Shown here one piece after another: positions 1-9,394 of a DNA stretch of 64,000 nucleotides. The notes beneath the pieces were generated by a model. That model was not told the DNA's origin, made no database searches, and saw only the letters and a program-made list of their open reading frames with translations. The DNA lies in NCBI GenBank assembly GCA_963666565.1, contig OY762911.1:2112001-2176000 (forward strand). Direction: 5' to 3'. A program made the translations under genes and the position numbers. This DNA is from Thermoanaerobaculia bacterium (GTDB taxonomy: Bacteria; Acidobacteriota; Thermoanaerobaculia; Multivoradales; Multivoraceae). How positions within the stretch are numbered: the first letter of the stretch is position 1; each line of letters opens with the position of its first letter.

Positions 1-3000
1 CCCAGCGGAACGCCCGGCCGCCGCAGTGACCTCCGCGTTCGATGCCATGCACGGCGACCGGCATCTGGAACCGGTAGTCCTCGTCGTCCGAGATCTGGGA
101 CTGGTGCATGAGATCCACGTCGCACACGGCGAGCGTGCGGAGCGCTCCGGCGCCGAGCAGGGACGCGGGCGCCCCGGGATCGCACTGCCGCACGGCCTGG
201 TTCTCGACGGAGACCTCGAAGGCCGGCATCTCCTCCCGGTCCTCGCCGGCCGACCGCAGGAAGCGGCGGGCGACGAAGCGGTGCCCGTTGGCATAGATCA
301 GGTTGCCGGGTACGTACTCCCGCAGCGCCATGCCGGTCGGGCGGGGCAGGTTGAAGGCGAGCGCTCCCGAGTGCCAGAAGGGGACCTCGGCCATCGCCTG
401 GACGGACCCCGTTTCGAGCCCGTAGCCGGGGAGGAAGCCGTGGGCCGCCAGCACGTTGAAGGTGTTCGCGTCGTCCTGGCCCTGGGCGTCGCGGCGGCTC
501 GGGCGCGCCTGCCCCTTGAGCCGTTTGACCAGCCGGTCGCAGCGGCGGAACAGGGCGTCGTCTTCCGGGTCGAGCGCGCCGTGCCGGCGGCGGGTCTCGT
601 GCAGCCTCTCCATCTGCGCTCGCGCCCAGTCCAGCCGGCGGCGCAGGGACCGGGCCGCGTCCTCCAGGCCGAAGACGAACTCGTCGATGCAGCGGCCGAG
701 CGCGTCGGTGGCGACGGCCGCGGCGTCCGCCTCCGGCCAGCCTTGGCCGAAGGCGGCCTCGGCTTCGGCTAGCAGTGCCCCGCGATGCCGGCGGACGACG
801 TCAGCGAGCGGCCCGAAGTCGAACGGGGCGGCGCGCACGGAACCTCCATCGAACAGCCAGGACGAGACGCGGCGCGGCAGGCAGCCTTCGAGCGCGGCCC
901 GGATCCGCTCCCGCTCGGCGGGGTCGTCGCCGTCGTCGGCCTCTTGGCGGGTAAGCCGCTGGAGCCCGGTGAGCACGCATGCGTTGACGTGTTTGCGGAC
1001 CATCACGTCGTTGCTCAGGTTGAAGGCGGGCGGGTCGACCCGGCCGGCGAGCAGCTTCTCGGGCTCCGCGAAGTAGGCGCGGTCGTGCGACACGGGCCGG
1101 CAGTAGGTGAGATCGACCGCCATCCGGTGCCGCCGGCCGGCGCGGCCCGCGCGCTGCCAGTAGTTGGCCGGCAGCGGCGGCACGTTGCGCATGAGCACGG
1201 CGTCCAGCGAGCCGATGTCGACGCCGAGTTCGAGGGTCGCGGTGCAGACGAAGCAGTTCACCGCGTCGCTCCCGCCCTTGAACAGGTTCTCCAGGCGTTC
1301 CCGTTGCTGGTGGGGGACCATCGCCGTGTGCTCTTCGGGGCGCAGCATGGAGTAGCCGCCGTCCAGGAGCTGCAGGTCGTAGTCGTCCGGGTCTTCGCGC
1401 AGCCACTCGAGCGTGCCGTTGCACCGCCAGGCGGGGCAGCGCTCGTGCGGCGTCCGGCGGACGGTGCGGGCGCGGCAGCTCCGGCAGCGGTAGACGCCGT
1501 GGTGTGGCGACAGTTCGAGGCGGTCGCCGTCGACCTGGCAGACGCCGCTCGCGTTCGGCAGCGGCCGCCCGTGGGCGCCGACGAGCCGGACCGGCCGGAG
1601 CAGTCCGCGCTCCGTGAGCATCCCGAACAGGCTCCGCAGCAGGTCCTCCGTCTGCTCCGGCTCGGCGCCCCACTTGGCCGCCATCTGCTTCATCGTCGTC
1701 TGGCCGCCGTCGCTCAGCCACTGGAGGACCCGGTCCGGCGAGTCGCCAGGGCCGCGCTGCAGCTTGACGCCCCTCGGCCCGCCGAATCGCCGGAGGTACC
1801 CGTGCTGCCTCTCCAGGTCGCCGGCGAGGCGGAACTTGGTGAACGTCAGGTACTCCCCGTCGTGGAGGATCTTCCGTCGGCGCACGTAGTCGAGCGCGGC
1901 GGCGACGCCCTCCCGCATGGACTCCGGCGGCAGCCCGAGCCGGTTCGCCCAGTCCCGGATCCACGGAAGCGAGGCGTCCAGCCCGGCGTAGTCGACCTTC
2001 ATCCGGCCCCACGGCTCGAGACCCAGAGGCTGCCGGGCGGACTCCGCGACCTCCTGCAGCACCTGCATCCGCAGGAACTTCAGGCGCTCGTCGCGGTGGC
2101 GGCGACCGGCCGCCTCCGGGCGGGCCACCACCCACACCTCGGGGATCAGCGCGCGCGAGAGCGCCTCGTTCTTCTCCAGGGCGTCGTCCAGGTACCAGGT
2201 CAGGTCGCCGACCGAGCGGCAGCCGCCGGGGCCGAGCCCGTCCGCCATCAGCGACCGCAGCCGGAACCGGCGCGCGTGGTCCTTCATCCAGCCGGCCTGG
2301 AAGGCGGCGTCCTGGCGGTTGTCGCAGAACACGAGCAGGCGCGGGCGGGCCGAGTGGTGGACCATGTCCTGGGCTAGGACGTGGACGTCGGCGGCGTTGC
2401 TGGCGCGAACCGATCGCGCTGGCTCGCGGTAGCGGCCGCCGCCGGCGCGGTGGCCCGGTGTGCTGCATGAGAGGCAACTCGTCAGGACGCCGGGGCGTTC
2501 GCGGTTCTGCCGCACCGCGTGGAGCCGGACGCGGGGGTCGGGAGCGCCGCAGCCGAGGCAGGCGCCGCCGGCTCGTTCGTGCGCGGCGCCGCAGTGCCGG
2601 CAGAGGTGGACGGGCGCGGTGCGGCGCTCGAGGACGCTTGGGGCTTCGCCGGTCCCGGCGCCGCGGCCGGGTGCCGGGCCGCCGCCGTTGGTGCTCCCGT
2701 CGCGGCGGCCGGATCCCGTGCCGTGCCCCTTCTCGTCTTCGCCGTCCTCCTCGTCGCCGCCGATGAGCCGGTCGACCAGAACCGCCCTCCTGCCCCCGAG
2801 CGCCTCGTCCAGCGGGGGCCAGAAGACGCCGCGGTCGCTCGGTTCGCCGCCGCCGGGGCGGCGTCCGTCGAAGGAGAAGTCCTGGAGATGGGCCTCGAAG
2901 TAGTGCTGCCCGCAGGTCGTGCAGGTCAGAACCGGCAGACGGGCCGTTTGCAGCGCTTCGTCTTCGGGAACCTGGGCTGCGCTCTCGCGCGCCGCACGCG

Positions 3001-4690
3001 AACCGCTCCGAACGCCCATCGGCCGCCCGGACGCCATGCGCTCATCCTGCCCGCTTCCGGTCTTCCCGGTCGCTTCGGCACTGGCGGTGCCGGCGGCCTC
3101 GCCATGCTCGATCTCGTCTTCCGCCGCCAGCCACAGCCGCGGTTCGCCGGTCTCGTCCGGGAACGAAACGACCGCGCCGGGGATTCCGCGCACGAAGCCG
3201 TGGACCACGGGCCGCAGCAGGGGCCGCCCCTTGCTGCGGGCCGCCGCGGCCAGGGTCAACCAGGCCAGGATCTCGGCCTCCGCGATCTCCCGGCCGATGG
3301 CTTCCCGGAGTTCCGCCGGCAGTTCGTGCAGCGGCCGCGGCCGGTGAAGCGCCTCGTTCAGCCGGTAGACGATCTCGCTCCGTGCCAGGGCTTCGTACAG
3401 CGCCTCGGGCCACGCGCCGGCGGCGAGCTCGTCGCCTGCGAGCGCCCGGTACGCGGCCCGAACCGCGTCGCCGGGTCCATCCGGGTCGTCCTCGACCGCC
3501 TCGACGCAGGCGGCGAGAAGGCCGGCCGCGTCTTCCGGCCCAGTGGCTGCCTCTTCAGGCCCGGCGCCGCGGCCGCCGCTCGCGGACGGAGCGCCAGCCG
3601 CCGCGGCGGCGCCCATCTCTTGGGCTGCCGCGTCATGCCGCCGCCGCGCCTCGCTCCAGACCTCCGGCTCGTAGTCCTCGCCGACCGTCTCCACCGACTC
3701 CTCCGGCACGCCGAAGAACCGCGATGCGAACGCGCGGGCCGCGCCGGGCCGCTCGGGGTCGACGATCGTCGCCGAGGTGGCGACGCAGACCGTGTCCGCG
3801 GCCCGGCGGCCGCAGAACGCGCGCAGCCGGCGAACGAGGCACGCCGTCTCGGCGCCCATCGCGCCGGTGAACGTGTGCGCCTCGTCGAACACGAGAAAGT
3901 CGAGCCGGGCGCCGTGGAACAGCTCGGCGTCCCGCTGCCGGGTGAGCAGCAGTTCCAGTTGCTTCACGTTCGTCAGCAGGATGCGCGGCTGCCCGCCGGG
4001 GGAGCGCATCGCTTCGCGCGAGCATGCTTCCTCCGGCGGAAACACGGACTCGCCGCTCTTCGCGGCCTGCACCTCGGCGAGCCTCGCCTCGTAGTCGGCC
4101 CGCGACGCGCCCCGCGGCAGGCGGATGCCGGCGACGCCGCTCTCGTTCTCCGGCGTCTTGCCGACGTACATCCCGAACGAGACGCCCGTGCCCGCCAGCA
4201 GCGAGCGCAGCCGCATCAACTGGTCCTCGGCCAGCGCGTTCATCGGGTAGACGATCACCGCGCTGATGCCGGACGGCGCGCCCTCGTCCCGCAGCTTCAG
4301 GCAGCGGCTGACGACGGGGTAGAGGAAGCACTCCGTCTTGCCCGAGCCGGTACCGGTCGAGACCAGCGTCGAGCACCCCGCGGCGATGGCGCGGATGGCC
4401 TGCTCCTGGTGCCGGTAGAGCGCCTCGATGTCCTCTGGAATCCGCTGCTCCAGGTGCGGATGCAGCAGCCCCTCGGCCGCCAGGTCCGCCACCGGCGAGC
4501 CCGTCCGAAACGGCCGCGAGAGACTGACGAACGGCCCCCGCAGCAACGGCGACCGCCGCGCCTCGTCGAGCGAGAGGAGTTCCCGCATCTGCCCGTTCAA
4601 CCGCGGATCCGCGAACGGATAGGCCCGCAACTGGTAACGGAGGAAGCTCTGGAGGACCTTCTCCGTGAAGACGACGGGGTTCAGCGCCAT
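1..4690 (-). CDS. Large DEAD/DEAH-box SF2 helicase, YprA/DUF1998-type, DISARM-related; 3' end runs off the window
   Basis: Absent from the ORF track, presumably because no stop lies in the window. Segments translated by hand from ATG at 4690: MALNPVVFTEKVLQSFLRYQ; Q-motif LYRHQEQAI; Walker A STGTGSGKTE; motif Ia VYPMNALAEDQ; DEAH (VFDEAHTFTG); LVFCDNRQDAA; TATLELGVDIG; motif VI YWQRAGRAGR; several CxxC pairs (CTTC, CRHC, CLSC, CRSC). Confidence 0.9.
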   Translation of the reverse strand, partial: MALNPVVFTEKVLQSFLRYQLRAYPFADPRLNGQMRELLSLDEARRSPLLRGPFVSLSRPFRTGSPVADLAAEGLLHPHLEQRIPEDIEALYRHQEQAIRAIAAGCSTLVSTGTGSGKTECFLYPVVSRCLKLRDEGAPSGISAVIVYPMNALAEDQLMRLRSLLAGTGVSFGMYVGKTPENESGVAGIRLPRGASRADYEARLAEVQAAKSGESVFPPEEACSREAMRSPGGQPRILLTNVKQLELLLTRQRDAELFHGARLDFLVFDEAHTFTGAMGAETACLVRRLRAFCGRRAADTVCVATSATIVDPERPGAARAFASRFFGVPEESVETVGEDYEPEVWSEARRRHDAAAQEMGAAAAAGAPSASGGRGAGPEEAATGPEDAAGLLAACVEAVEDDPDGPGDAVRAAYRALAGDELAAGAWPEALYEALARSEIVYRLNEALHRPRPLHELPAELREAIGREIAEAEILAWLTLAAAARSKGRPLLRPVVHGFVRGIPGAVVSFPDETGEPRLWLAAEDEIEHGEAAGTASAEATGKTGSGQDERMASGRPMGVRSGSRAARESAAQVPEDEALQTARLPVLTCTTCGQHYFEAHLQDFSFDGRRPGGGEPSDRGVFWPPLDEALGGRRAVLVDRLIGGDEEDGEDEKGHGTGSGRRDGSTNGGGPAPGRGAGTGEAPSVLERRTAPVHLCRHCGAAHERAGGACLGCGAPDPRVRLHAVRQNRERPGVLTSCLSCSTPGHRAGGGRYREPARSVRASNAADVHVLAQDMVHHSARPRLLVFCDNRQDAAFQAGWMKDHARRFRLRSLMADGLGPGGCRSVGDLTWYLDDALEKNEALSRALIPEVWVVARPEAAGRRHRDERLKFLRMQVLQEVAESARQPLGLEPWGRMKVDYAGLDASLPWIRDWANRLGLPPESMREGVAAALDYVRRRKILHDGEYLTFTKFRLAGDLERQHGYLRRFGGPRGVKLQRGPGDSPDRVLQWLSDGGQTTMKQMAAKWGAEPEQTEDLLRSLFGMLTERGLLRPVRLVGAHGRPLPNASGVCQVDGDRLELSPHHGVYRCRSCRARTVRRTPHERCPAWRCNGTLEWLREDPDDYDLQLLDGGYSMLRPEEHTAMVPHQQRERLENLFKGGSDAVNCFVCTATLELGVDIGSLDAVLMRNVPPLPANYWQRAGRAGRRHRMAVDLTYCRPVSHDRAYFAEPEKLLAGRVDPPAFNLSNDVMVRKHVNACVLTGLQRLTRQEADDGDDPAERERIRAALEGCLPRRVSSWLFDGGSVRAAPFDFGPLADVVRRHRGALLAEAEAAFGQGWPEADAAAVATDALGRCIDEFVFGLEDAARSLRRRLDWARAQMERLHETRRRHGALDPEDDALFRRCDRLVKRLKGQARPSRRDAQGQDDANTFNVLAAHGFLPGYGLETGSVQAMAEVPFWHSGALAFNLPRPTGMALREYVPGNLIYANGHRFVARRFLRSAGEDREEMPAFEVSVENQAVRQCDPGAPASLLGAGALRTLAVCDVDLMHQSQISDDEDYRFQMPVAVHGIERGGHCGGRAFRW

Positions 4691-4825
4691 GAAGTCGGCA
4701 AGGCTACCGCCTTGGGTCTCGTCGTTTCGCCGACGTCGAGCGTCCCGGGTCGGATTGACTGGTGCCTGCCGTGGTACGTCCCTGGCGGCCATATGCTCGG
4801 AGACCGGCCACGCCAGAGGAGTGCC

Positions 4826-5068
4826 ATGAACAAGGAACCGGACTACAGAGGGGTCGCCAAGGTGTTCTGGAGCGGAGGCAGCCAGGCGGTGAGGCTTCCG
4901 GCGGCGTGCCGGTTCGAGACCTCCGAGGTGGACGTCATCAAGGAGGGAGACCGGCTCACGCTGCTTCCGCGCGGGAAGAACTGGGGCGCGTACTTCGATT
5001 CCAAGTCCCGCGGGAGCCTTCCGGCGCGCAGCCAGTCGCCACTTGAGGAGCGGGACCGTCTCCGCTGA
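4826..5068 (+). CDS. AbrB/SpoVT-fold VapB-like antitoxin (80 aa)
   Basis: RBS GAGGAG before ATG 4826; AKVFWSGGSQAVRLPAACRFETSEVDVIKEGDRLTLLP is the classic VapB/VagC N-terminus. It is the real C-terminal part of the spurious 2519..5068 ORF. Confidence 0.85.
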   Translation: MNKEPDYRGVAKVFWSGGSQAVRLPAACRFETSEVDVIKEGDRLTLLPRGKNWGAYFDSKSRGSLPARSQSPLEERDRLR

Positions 5069-5080
5069 TTCCGTTCTCGG

Positions 5081-5578
5081 TCAGGTACGTGACGGCGTCA
5101 GCCGTCGTGAGCAACGGCGGCGGTGGAGGAAGTCGTTTCGACGCGCCGGCGCCTCCTTGGCCGGGAACGCGCTACGCCGGTGGCCGGGGATCTCCGGCAG
5201 GAACCGGAGGTCCTCGAAGTCGGTCTTGAGATTCTCGTCGTGAGCGACGATCACGAGTGCGTCCGACGCTGCCGCCAGCGCGAGCATGGGCTTGTCCTTC
5301 TCTCCGGAACGCGTCTCCACGTCGCGCAGGCGATCCTCTTCGCGCCGGACGAGTTGGTCTTCGATCAGAAGCGCAAGGCCGTTCTGGCTGTAGCGCCGAA
5401 AGAGAGCGGAGACGTCGGAGTCCCGCTCGAGCTCCCGACCGGCGCGACCGTAGGTCGAGAATGCGACGCGCCCGTGGCCATCGCCGATCCAGCGTCGAAG
5501 CTGTTGGCCCGCCGATTCGGGAGACGCCTGCTTGAACACATCGAACGCACTCGCGTCGAACACCACCCGAGTACACAT
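5081..5578 (-). CDS. PIN-domain-like nuclease (165 aa)
   Basis: PIN-like acidic tetrad: VVFDAS...GRELE...EKDKPMLALA...VAHDENL. Starts 9 nt after the stop of the ATPase gene. Confidence 0.65.
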   Translation of the reverse strand: MCTRVVFDASAFDVFKQASPESAGQQLRRWIGDGHGRVAFSTYGRAGRELERDSDVSALFRRYSQNGLALLIEDQLVRREEDRLRDVETRSGEKDKPMLALAAASDALVIVAHDENLKTDFEDLRFLPEIPGHRRSAFPAKEAPARRNDFLHRRRCSRRLTPSRT

Positions 5579-5587
5579 GGACGGCGC

Positions 5588-6886
5588 CTACCGGCGAAAA
5601 CCGAGGAGCCGCTCGGTTTCGTCGAGGAAGAAGTGCCGGAATCCTGGCGGCGCGTCGCCCAGGTTCGCCTGCCTGTCGACCCGGATGCCGTGCAACTCGG
5701 TGGACATCCGGTCGTCGGCTCTCTCGAAGTAGACGATTCCGAGATCGTCCGGGTCAACTTCCCCCGACATGACGGCGATGCGAAACCAGTCGGGGACGTG
5801 ATCGCTGTGCGACTCGACCAGAACCCGGCCTCCGCGTGAGGCGATCGACCGAACCAATGCCGCTTGAGCTCGCGGATGCAGGTGGGCTTCCGGCTGCTGC
5901 AGGAGGATTGTTGCCTCCTCCGGCGCCGAGGCGATCGCTTGGAGCAACGGCAGCGCACTCTGGATGCCGAAGCCGACATGGACCAGGTTGTAGGGTTCAC
6001 CCGAAGCGTTGGCCCAGACTTCGTAGTGACCCAACGCTCCCCGCCGCACCTCCAGGTCGCTGAAGATCCCCAACTTCCTGCCCAGTTCGCGGATCTCCTC
6101 CAGCGTGTGTGCGTCTACGTTCCGACCGAACGGGTTCGACCCATAGGCGGGCCTGCGTTCCCATCCGTCCGGGTCGTTGTTCGCGATGACCAACGCGCGT
6201 TCGGGGGTACGCAAAGGAACGTTCCGGCGAAAGAAGTTGACGAATCCGGCAAACATTCTGTCCGATTCCGGCGTCGGGTCGCCCGTCTGCTTTCGCCGGA
6301 GCGTGAGATTTCCGTCATATGGCAGATGGCCTCGCATCACGGACCGTGACAGCCAGGTGCTGGGCTGCGCATAGGAAACGGACGACTGCGCGAAGTCGAA
6401 CTCGAAGCCCGGTCCGACGACGCGCCAGGTTTCGTCGTCTTCGGAGGAGGATCGGTCGACGCGAATGACCTTGAAAGCTGGCCCGTCTTCGCCGTCCGTC
6501 GCGAAACGGAGCTCCAGCTCGCGCTCTCGTGGTTCGCCGTTGGCGCCCCTGTCGTACGTGACGCGGATCCGGTCGTAGTGGTGGTCCCGCAACGTGGCTT
6601 CGAGAGAAAACGTCGCCGACCCGGAGCGGGCCATGGCCGCGAAGGAGTCCATCCAGAACGGAGGCCGGGCGAAGTGGTTCTCGTCGTCCAAGTCGTCCCA
6701 GGTGGAGCGTTCCCGATCCCACTTCTGCAGGTTCGCCACATGCGCAAGCCCCTGCAGGCATCCGAGAAAGGTCGACTTGCCCGCGCTGTTTTCGCCCACG
6801 AGCACCGTGATGCGGGGCAGTTCAGCCTGATGGGTGCCCGCGAAGCAGCGGACGTCGGTCAGAGAGAGCTGGGTCAGTGCGCTCAT
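5588..6886 (-). CDS. ABC-type (AAA_21/DUF3696-like) ATPase (432 aa)
   Basis: True start MSALTQLSLTDVRCF at 6886, ATGA overlap with the upstream E1 stop; Walker A GENSAGKST; signature-like HVGFGIQSALP; Walker B/D-loop ILLQQPEAHLHP; H-loop VESHSDH; DUF3696-like tail PPGFRHFF. Confidence 0.85.
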   Translation of the reverse strand: MSALTQLSLTDVRCFAGTHQAELPRITVLVGENSAGKSTFLGCLQGLAHVANLQKWDRERSTWDDLDDENHFARPPFWMDSFAAMARSGSATFSLEATLRDHHYDRIRVTYDRGANGEPRERELELRFATDGEDGPAFKVIRVDRSSSEDDETWRVVGPGFEFDFAQSSVSYAQPSTWLSRSVMRGHLPYDGNLTLRRKQTGDPTPESDRMFAGFVNFFRRNVPLRTPERALVIANNDPDGWERRPAYGSNPFGRNVDAHTLEEIRELGRKLGIFSDLEVRRGALGHYEVWANASGEPYNLVHVGFGIQSALPLLQAIASAPEEATILLQQPEAHLHPRAQAALVRSIASRGGRVLVESHSDHVPDWFRIAVMSGEVDPDDLGIVYFERADDRMSTELHGIRVDRQANLGDAPPGFRHFFLDETERLLGFRR

Positions 6887-8361
6887 GGTCCGGAAGGTCC
6901 CGTGAGTCTTCGCAGGAACCGTTGCAGCCGTATCACGAGCCCGGGAGCGCCGGAGGCCGGCGCTTCCGCCCCAGGCTGGGCCTGTTCGTCCAGGAACGGG
7001 TACACCGCCCGGTCCCCCAGTGCCGTTCGGGCCTCTACTTCGCACCGTTCGCGGCACCGCTCGTCCGCGACGCCGAGCGTCCCCGGCACGTAGCTGTAGT
7101 GGAGCTTGCCCGCGTCCTGCGGCCACCAGTCGTCGCCGACCACCATGCGCAGCATCTCCAGGGTCATCAGGCTGGCGAGGTTGGCGCTGAACGGGAACAC
7201 GTTCTGGTTCGTCGGCTTGCCGCCAGCCATCCTGGCGAGGTAGGCGGGGTCGTCCAGGGAGCCGTCCCGCTCGAGCACGACGTCCGACGTCGTGTACTGT
7301 CCGTCGCAGCGCAGGCAACGGCGTTCCGGCCCCGAGCGGACCACGCTCCAGGTCGCCTGGCCGAGCGTGCCGTCCTTCTTCGTGTCGACGAAGACCCCTC
7401 CGAAGACGACGGGAATACAGTGGGCGTAGGCGATGTGGTTCATCAGGTCCTTCGGCAGGGGGCGGTCGACGCAGGAGAACAGGATGTCGCAGTCGAGCGC
7501 GGCGGAGAAACAGTCGCGCTGCTGCAGCCAGCCGGCGTGGGCGTCCACCCGGAACCCGGCGGCCGTCGCCGAGCGGCGCAACCCGTCGGCGGCGAGTTCC
7601 ACCTTGAGCCGACCCACGTCGTTCTCGCCAGCGTACAGGAGGCGGTCGAGGTTGTGCGCCTCCACTCGGTCGGCATCCACGAGGACGACGCGCTCGACGC
7701 CGATGCGCGCCAGCGTCTCCGCCACCAGGCAGCCCACGCTGCCCAGTCCCACGACGCCGACTCGCAGGCGCGCCAGGTCGGCCTGGCGGGCGGCGCCCCA
7801 GGTGTCGATGGTCCGCCTCAGGGCGCGGCGCCGCTCCGGCGGGGGCGCCAGTTCGTCGTTGCAGGTGAGCCTCATGCGACGACCGACAACGCGCACCTTT
7901 CGGCACCACGTTCGCTCGAATCCGCTGGCGGTCCGATCCCAGAAACGCGCGCTCCAGGCCTCGTCCGTGCCGAGGGTGAGCCCCACGAGGGGCAGGTGGG
8001 TCGCTCGCGCCGGCGCGGCGATGCGGTCGCGTTCGGCGCTCACGTCCTCCCGGCTCATTCCCTGCCAGCCGGGGCTGGGGTGGCTGTGGAGGAAGGCCAG
8101 CCCCGCCTCTTTCTCGCAGGCCAGGCGCACGGCGCGCGACAGGTAGTCGGCTTCGAAGCTCGCGCCGCCGTGGAGCGCTCGTTCTCCTTTCCGCGGGAGG
8201 ATCAACTCCGAGACCAGCGCCGTCGTCCGGCTCGCGCCCCGGCTGGGATTCCAGAGCGCGAAGCAGAGGTCCTCCTGCCTCCTCCCCGCGCGCAAGTGGG
8301 CCAGCAGGTGCTTGCAGGCGGCTTCGTGAACCGGTTCGGCGAGCGCGGCTTCGAAGTTCAC
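6883..8361 (-). CDS. JAB/MPN+ peptidase fused to ThiF/E1 activating enzyme (BubCD-like, 492 aa)
   Basis: GTG start at 8361 overlaps the E2 stop (GTGA). JAB motif E(QEDLCFA)...HSHP...MSRED; E1 motifs GVVGLGSVG, VDADRVEAHNLDR, SCVD, RCLRC and C-terminal CRERC. Confidence 0.9.
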   Translation of the reverse strand: MNFEAALAEPVHEAACKHLLAHLRAGRRQEDLCFALWNPSRGASRTTALVSELILPRKGERALHGGASFEADYLSRAVRLACEKEAGLAFLHSHPSPGWQGMSREDVSAERDRIAAPARATHLPLVGLTLGTDEAWSARFWDRTASGFERTWCRKVRVVGRRMRLTCNDELAPPPERRRALRRTIDTWGAARQADLARLRVGVVGLGSVGCLVAETLARIGVERVVLVDADRVEAHNLDRLLYAGENDVGRLKVELAADGLRRSATAAGFRVDAHAGWLQQRDCFSAALDCDILFSCVDRPLPKDLMNHIAYAHCIPVVFGGVFVDTKKDGTLGQATWSVVRSGPERRCLRCDGQYTTSDVVLERDGSLDDPAYLARMAGGKPTNQNVFPFSANLASLMTLEMLRMVVGDDWWPQDAGKLHYSYVPGTLGVADERCRERCEVEARTALGDRAVYPFLDEQAQPGAEAPASGAPGLVIRLQRFLRRLTGPSGP

Positions 8362-8732
8362 AGTTGCTCCAGAACGCGCAGGAGGTGGCGCCTGACGTAG
8401 GTTCGCATGTTCTTCTGGGACGGCTCCAGCGTGTCCCAGAAGTCGCTTGGAGGGAAGCTGAACGCCCACCACCGGGCGCCTTCGAACTCGTGCTCCGAGT
8501 GCTTCGTAAAATGCGTGCCTTCCAGGTTGCGAAAGTGAATGAAGTGCGGCGGATACTCCGGGTAGGCATCTTCCTGGAAGCTCAGCCCGATAAGAAGCGT
8601 CCGTCCCTTGAAACGACCGTTCTCGACGTGGAAGGGAAAGATGACTCCCGCTTCCCCGGCGCCGTTCCAGGACTCGACGACGCGGGCTTCGAATCCGAGT
8701 TCCCTCAGTTCGCGGGCGACCTCTTCAAGCAC
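8358..8732 (-). CDS. Prokaryotic E2/UBC-like protein (124 aa) with no cysteine
   Basis: YPEYPPHFIHF resembles the E2 YPxxPP motif; WWAFSFPP places a Ser where E2 family E proteins have their WSR-type Ser; lies between Ubl and E1 genes. Confidence 0.7.
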   Translation of the reverse strand: MLEEVARELRELGFEARVVESWNGAGEAGVIFPFHVENGRFKGRTLLIGLSFQEDAYPEYPPHFIHFRNLEGTHFTKHSEHEFEGARWWAFSFPPSDFWDTLEPSQKNMRTYVRRHLLRVLEQL

Positions 8733-8736
8733 GGGC

Positions 8737-9195
8737 TCAGGCGACAGGCGTTCGTCCGGCGTGAAGCGCCACGAACTGGTCGCCGTCCGCGATCGGCACT
8801 TCGTCGCCGAGGTTCTCGTACCGGGCTCCGGTGCGGACGTTGTCCAGGTAGTAGCTCTCCAGCTCGCTCGTGTCGATCGCGGCCTCCGAACCGGCCCGCC
8901 GCAGGATCTCCTCCAGCGTCAACGGCGTCTTCGCCGTCACCTGGCGCTCGCCGTTCACGGTGTACCGGATCCGCGTCCCCACGGGATCCGGCGGCGCCTG
9001 CCCTGGCCTGGCCCCGAACGCGTCGCCGTCCCGCAGGTCGACCTCGGCGGCCGGGTCGGTCCACTTCTCTCCGGTTTCCACGCGCACGAGCACGGCGCCC
9101 GTCGAGTCGATGCCCGCCTGCTCCAGGAGCCACGCGACCGTGACCGGACTCCGCGGAGACGTGAACCTGCGGTCGTTGATCGTGAAGCGGTACAT
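8737..9195 (-). CDS. Multi-ubiquitin (two beta-grasp domain) Ubl protein (152 aa)
   Basis: ATG 9195 with GAGG upstream. Two similar repeats, YRFTINDRR...VDLRDGDAF and IRYTVNGER...VPIADGDQF; C-terminus LHAGRTPVA. Stop lies 4 nt before the E2 start. Confidence 0.8.
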   Translation of the reverse strand: MYRFTINDRRFTSPRSPVTVAWLLEQAGIDSTGAVLVRVETGEKWTDPAAEVDLRDGDAFGARPGQAPPDPVGTRIRYTVNGERQVTAKTPLTLEEILRRAGSEAAIDTSELESYYLDNVRTGARYENLGDEVPIADGDQFVALHAGRTPVA

Positions 9196-9394
9196 GCTGG
9201 CTGTCGCCTCGATTCTGGCGGCCTGTACTTCGTCGGCCGTGAGTGGCCCGTTGGGCTGACGCGACTCTTCTTCGACTGGCCGTCGTTCTGCGGCGAGACT
9301 ATACCGGCCGTGAGGCCGGGGGCCGGACATCTCAGGCCTTCCGCCGCGGGCGGGAGCCGACTGGCGCCGTGGGCTTGCGCTGTAGATTCCGGCC

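Noticed and set aside
26-4825. Long plus-strand ORFs (26..772, 785..2377, most of 2519..5068)
   Set aside because: Antisense shadows of the minus-strand helicase, expected in high-GC DNA.
4826-5578. Ordinary vapBC operon
   Set aside because: The two genes are convergent, and the PIN gene is coupled to the upstream ATPase instead.
5588-8569. 993-aa ORF as an E1-ATPase fusion
   Set aside because: The upstream part is an off-frame read of the E2 and E1 genes; the ATPase starts at ATG 6886.
6883-9195. CBASS Cap2/Cap3 or ThiS/MoaD sulfur-carrier pathway
   Set aside because: No CD-NTase or cofactor-biosynthesis genes nearby, the domain order is JAB-E1 with a separate E2, and the Ubl lacks a terminal GG.
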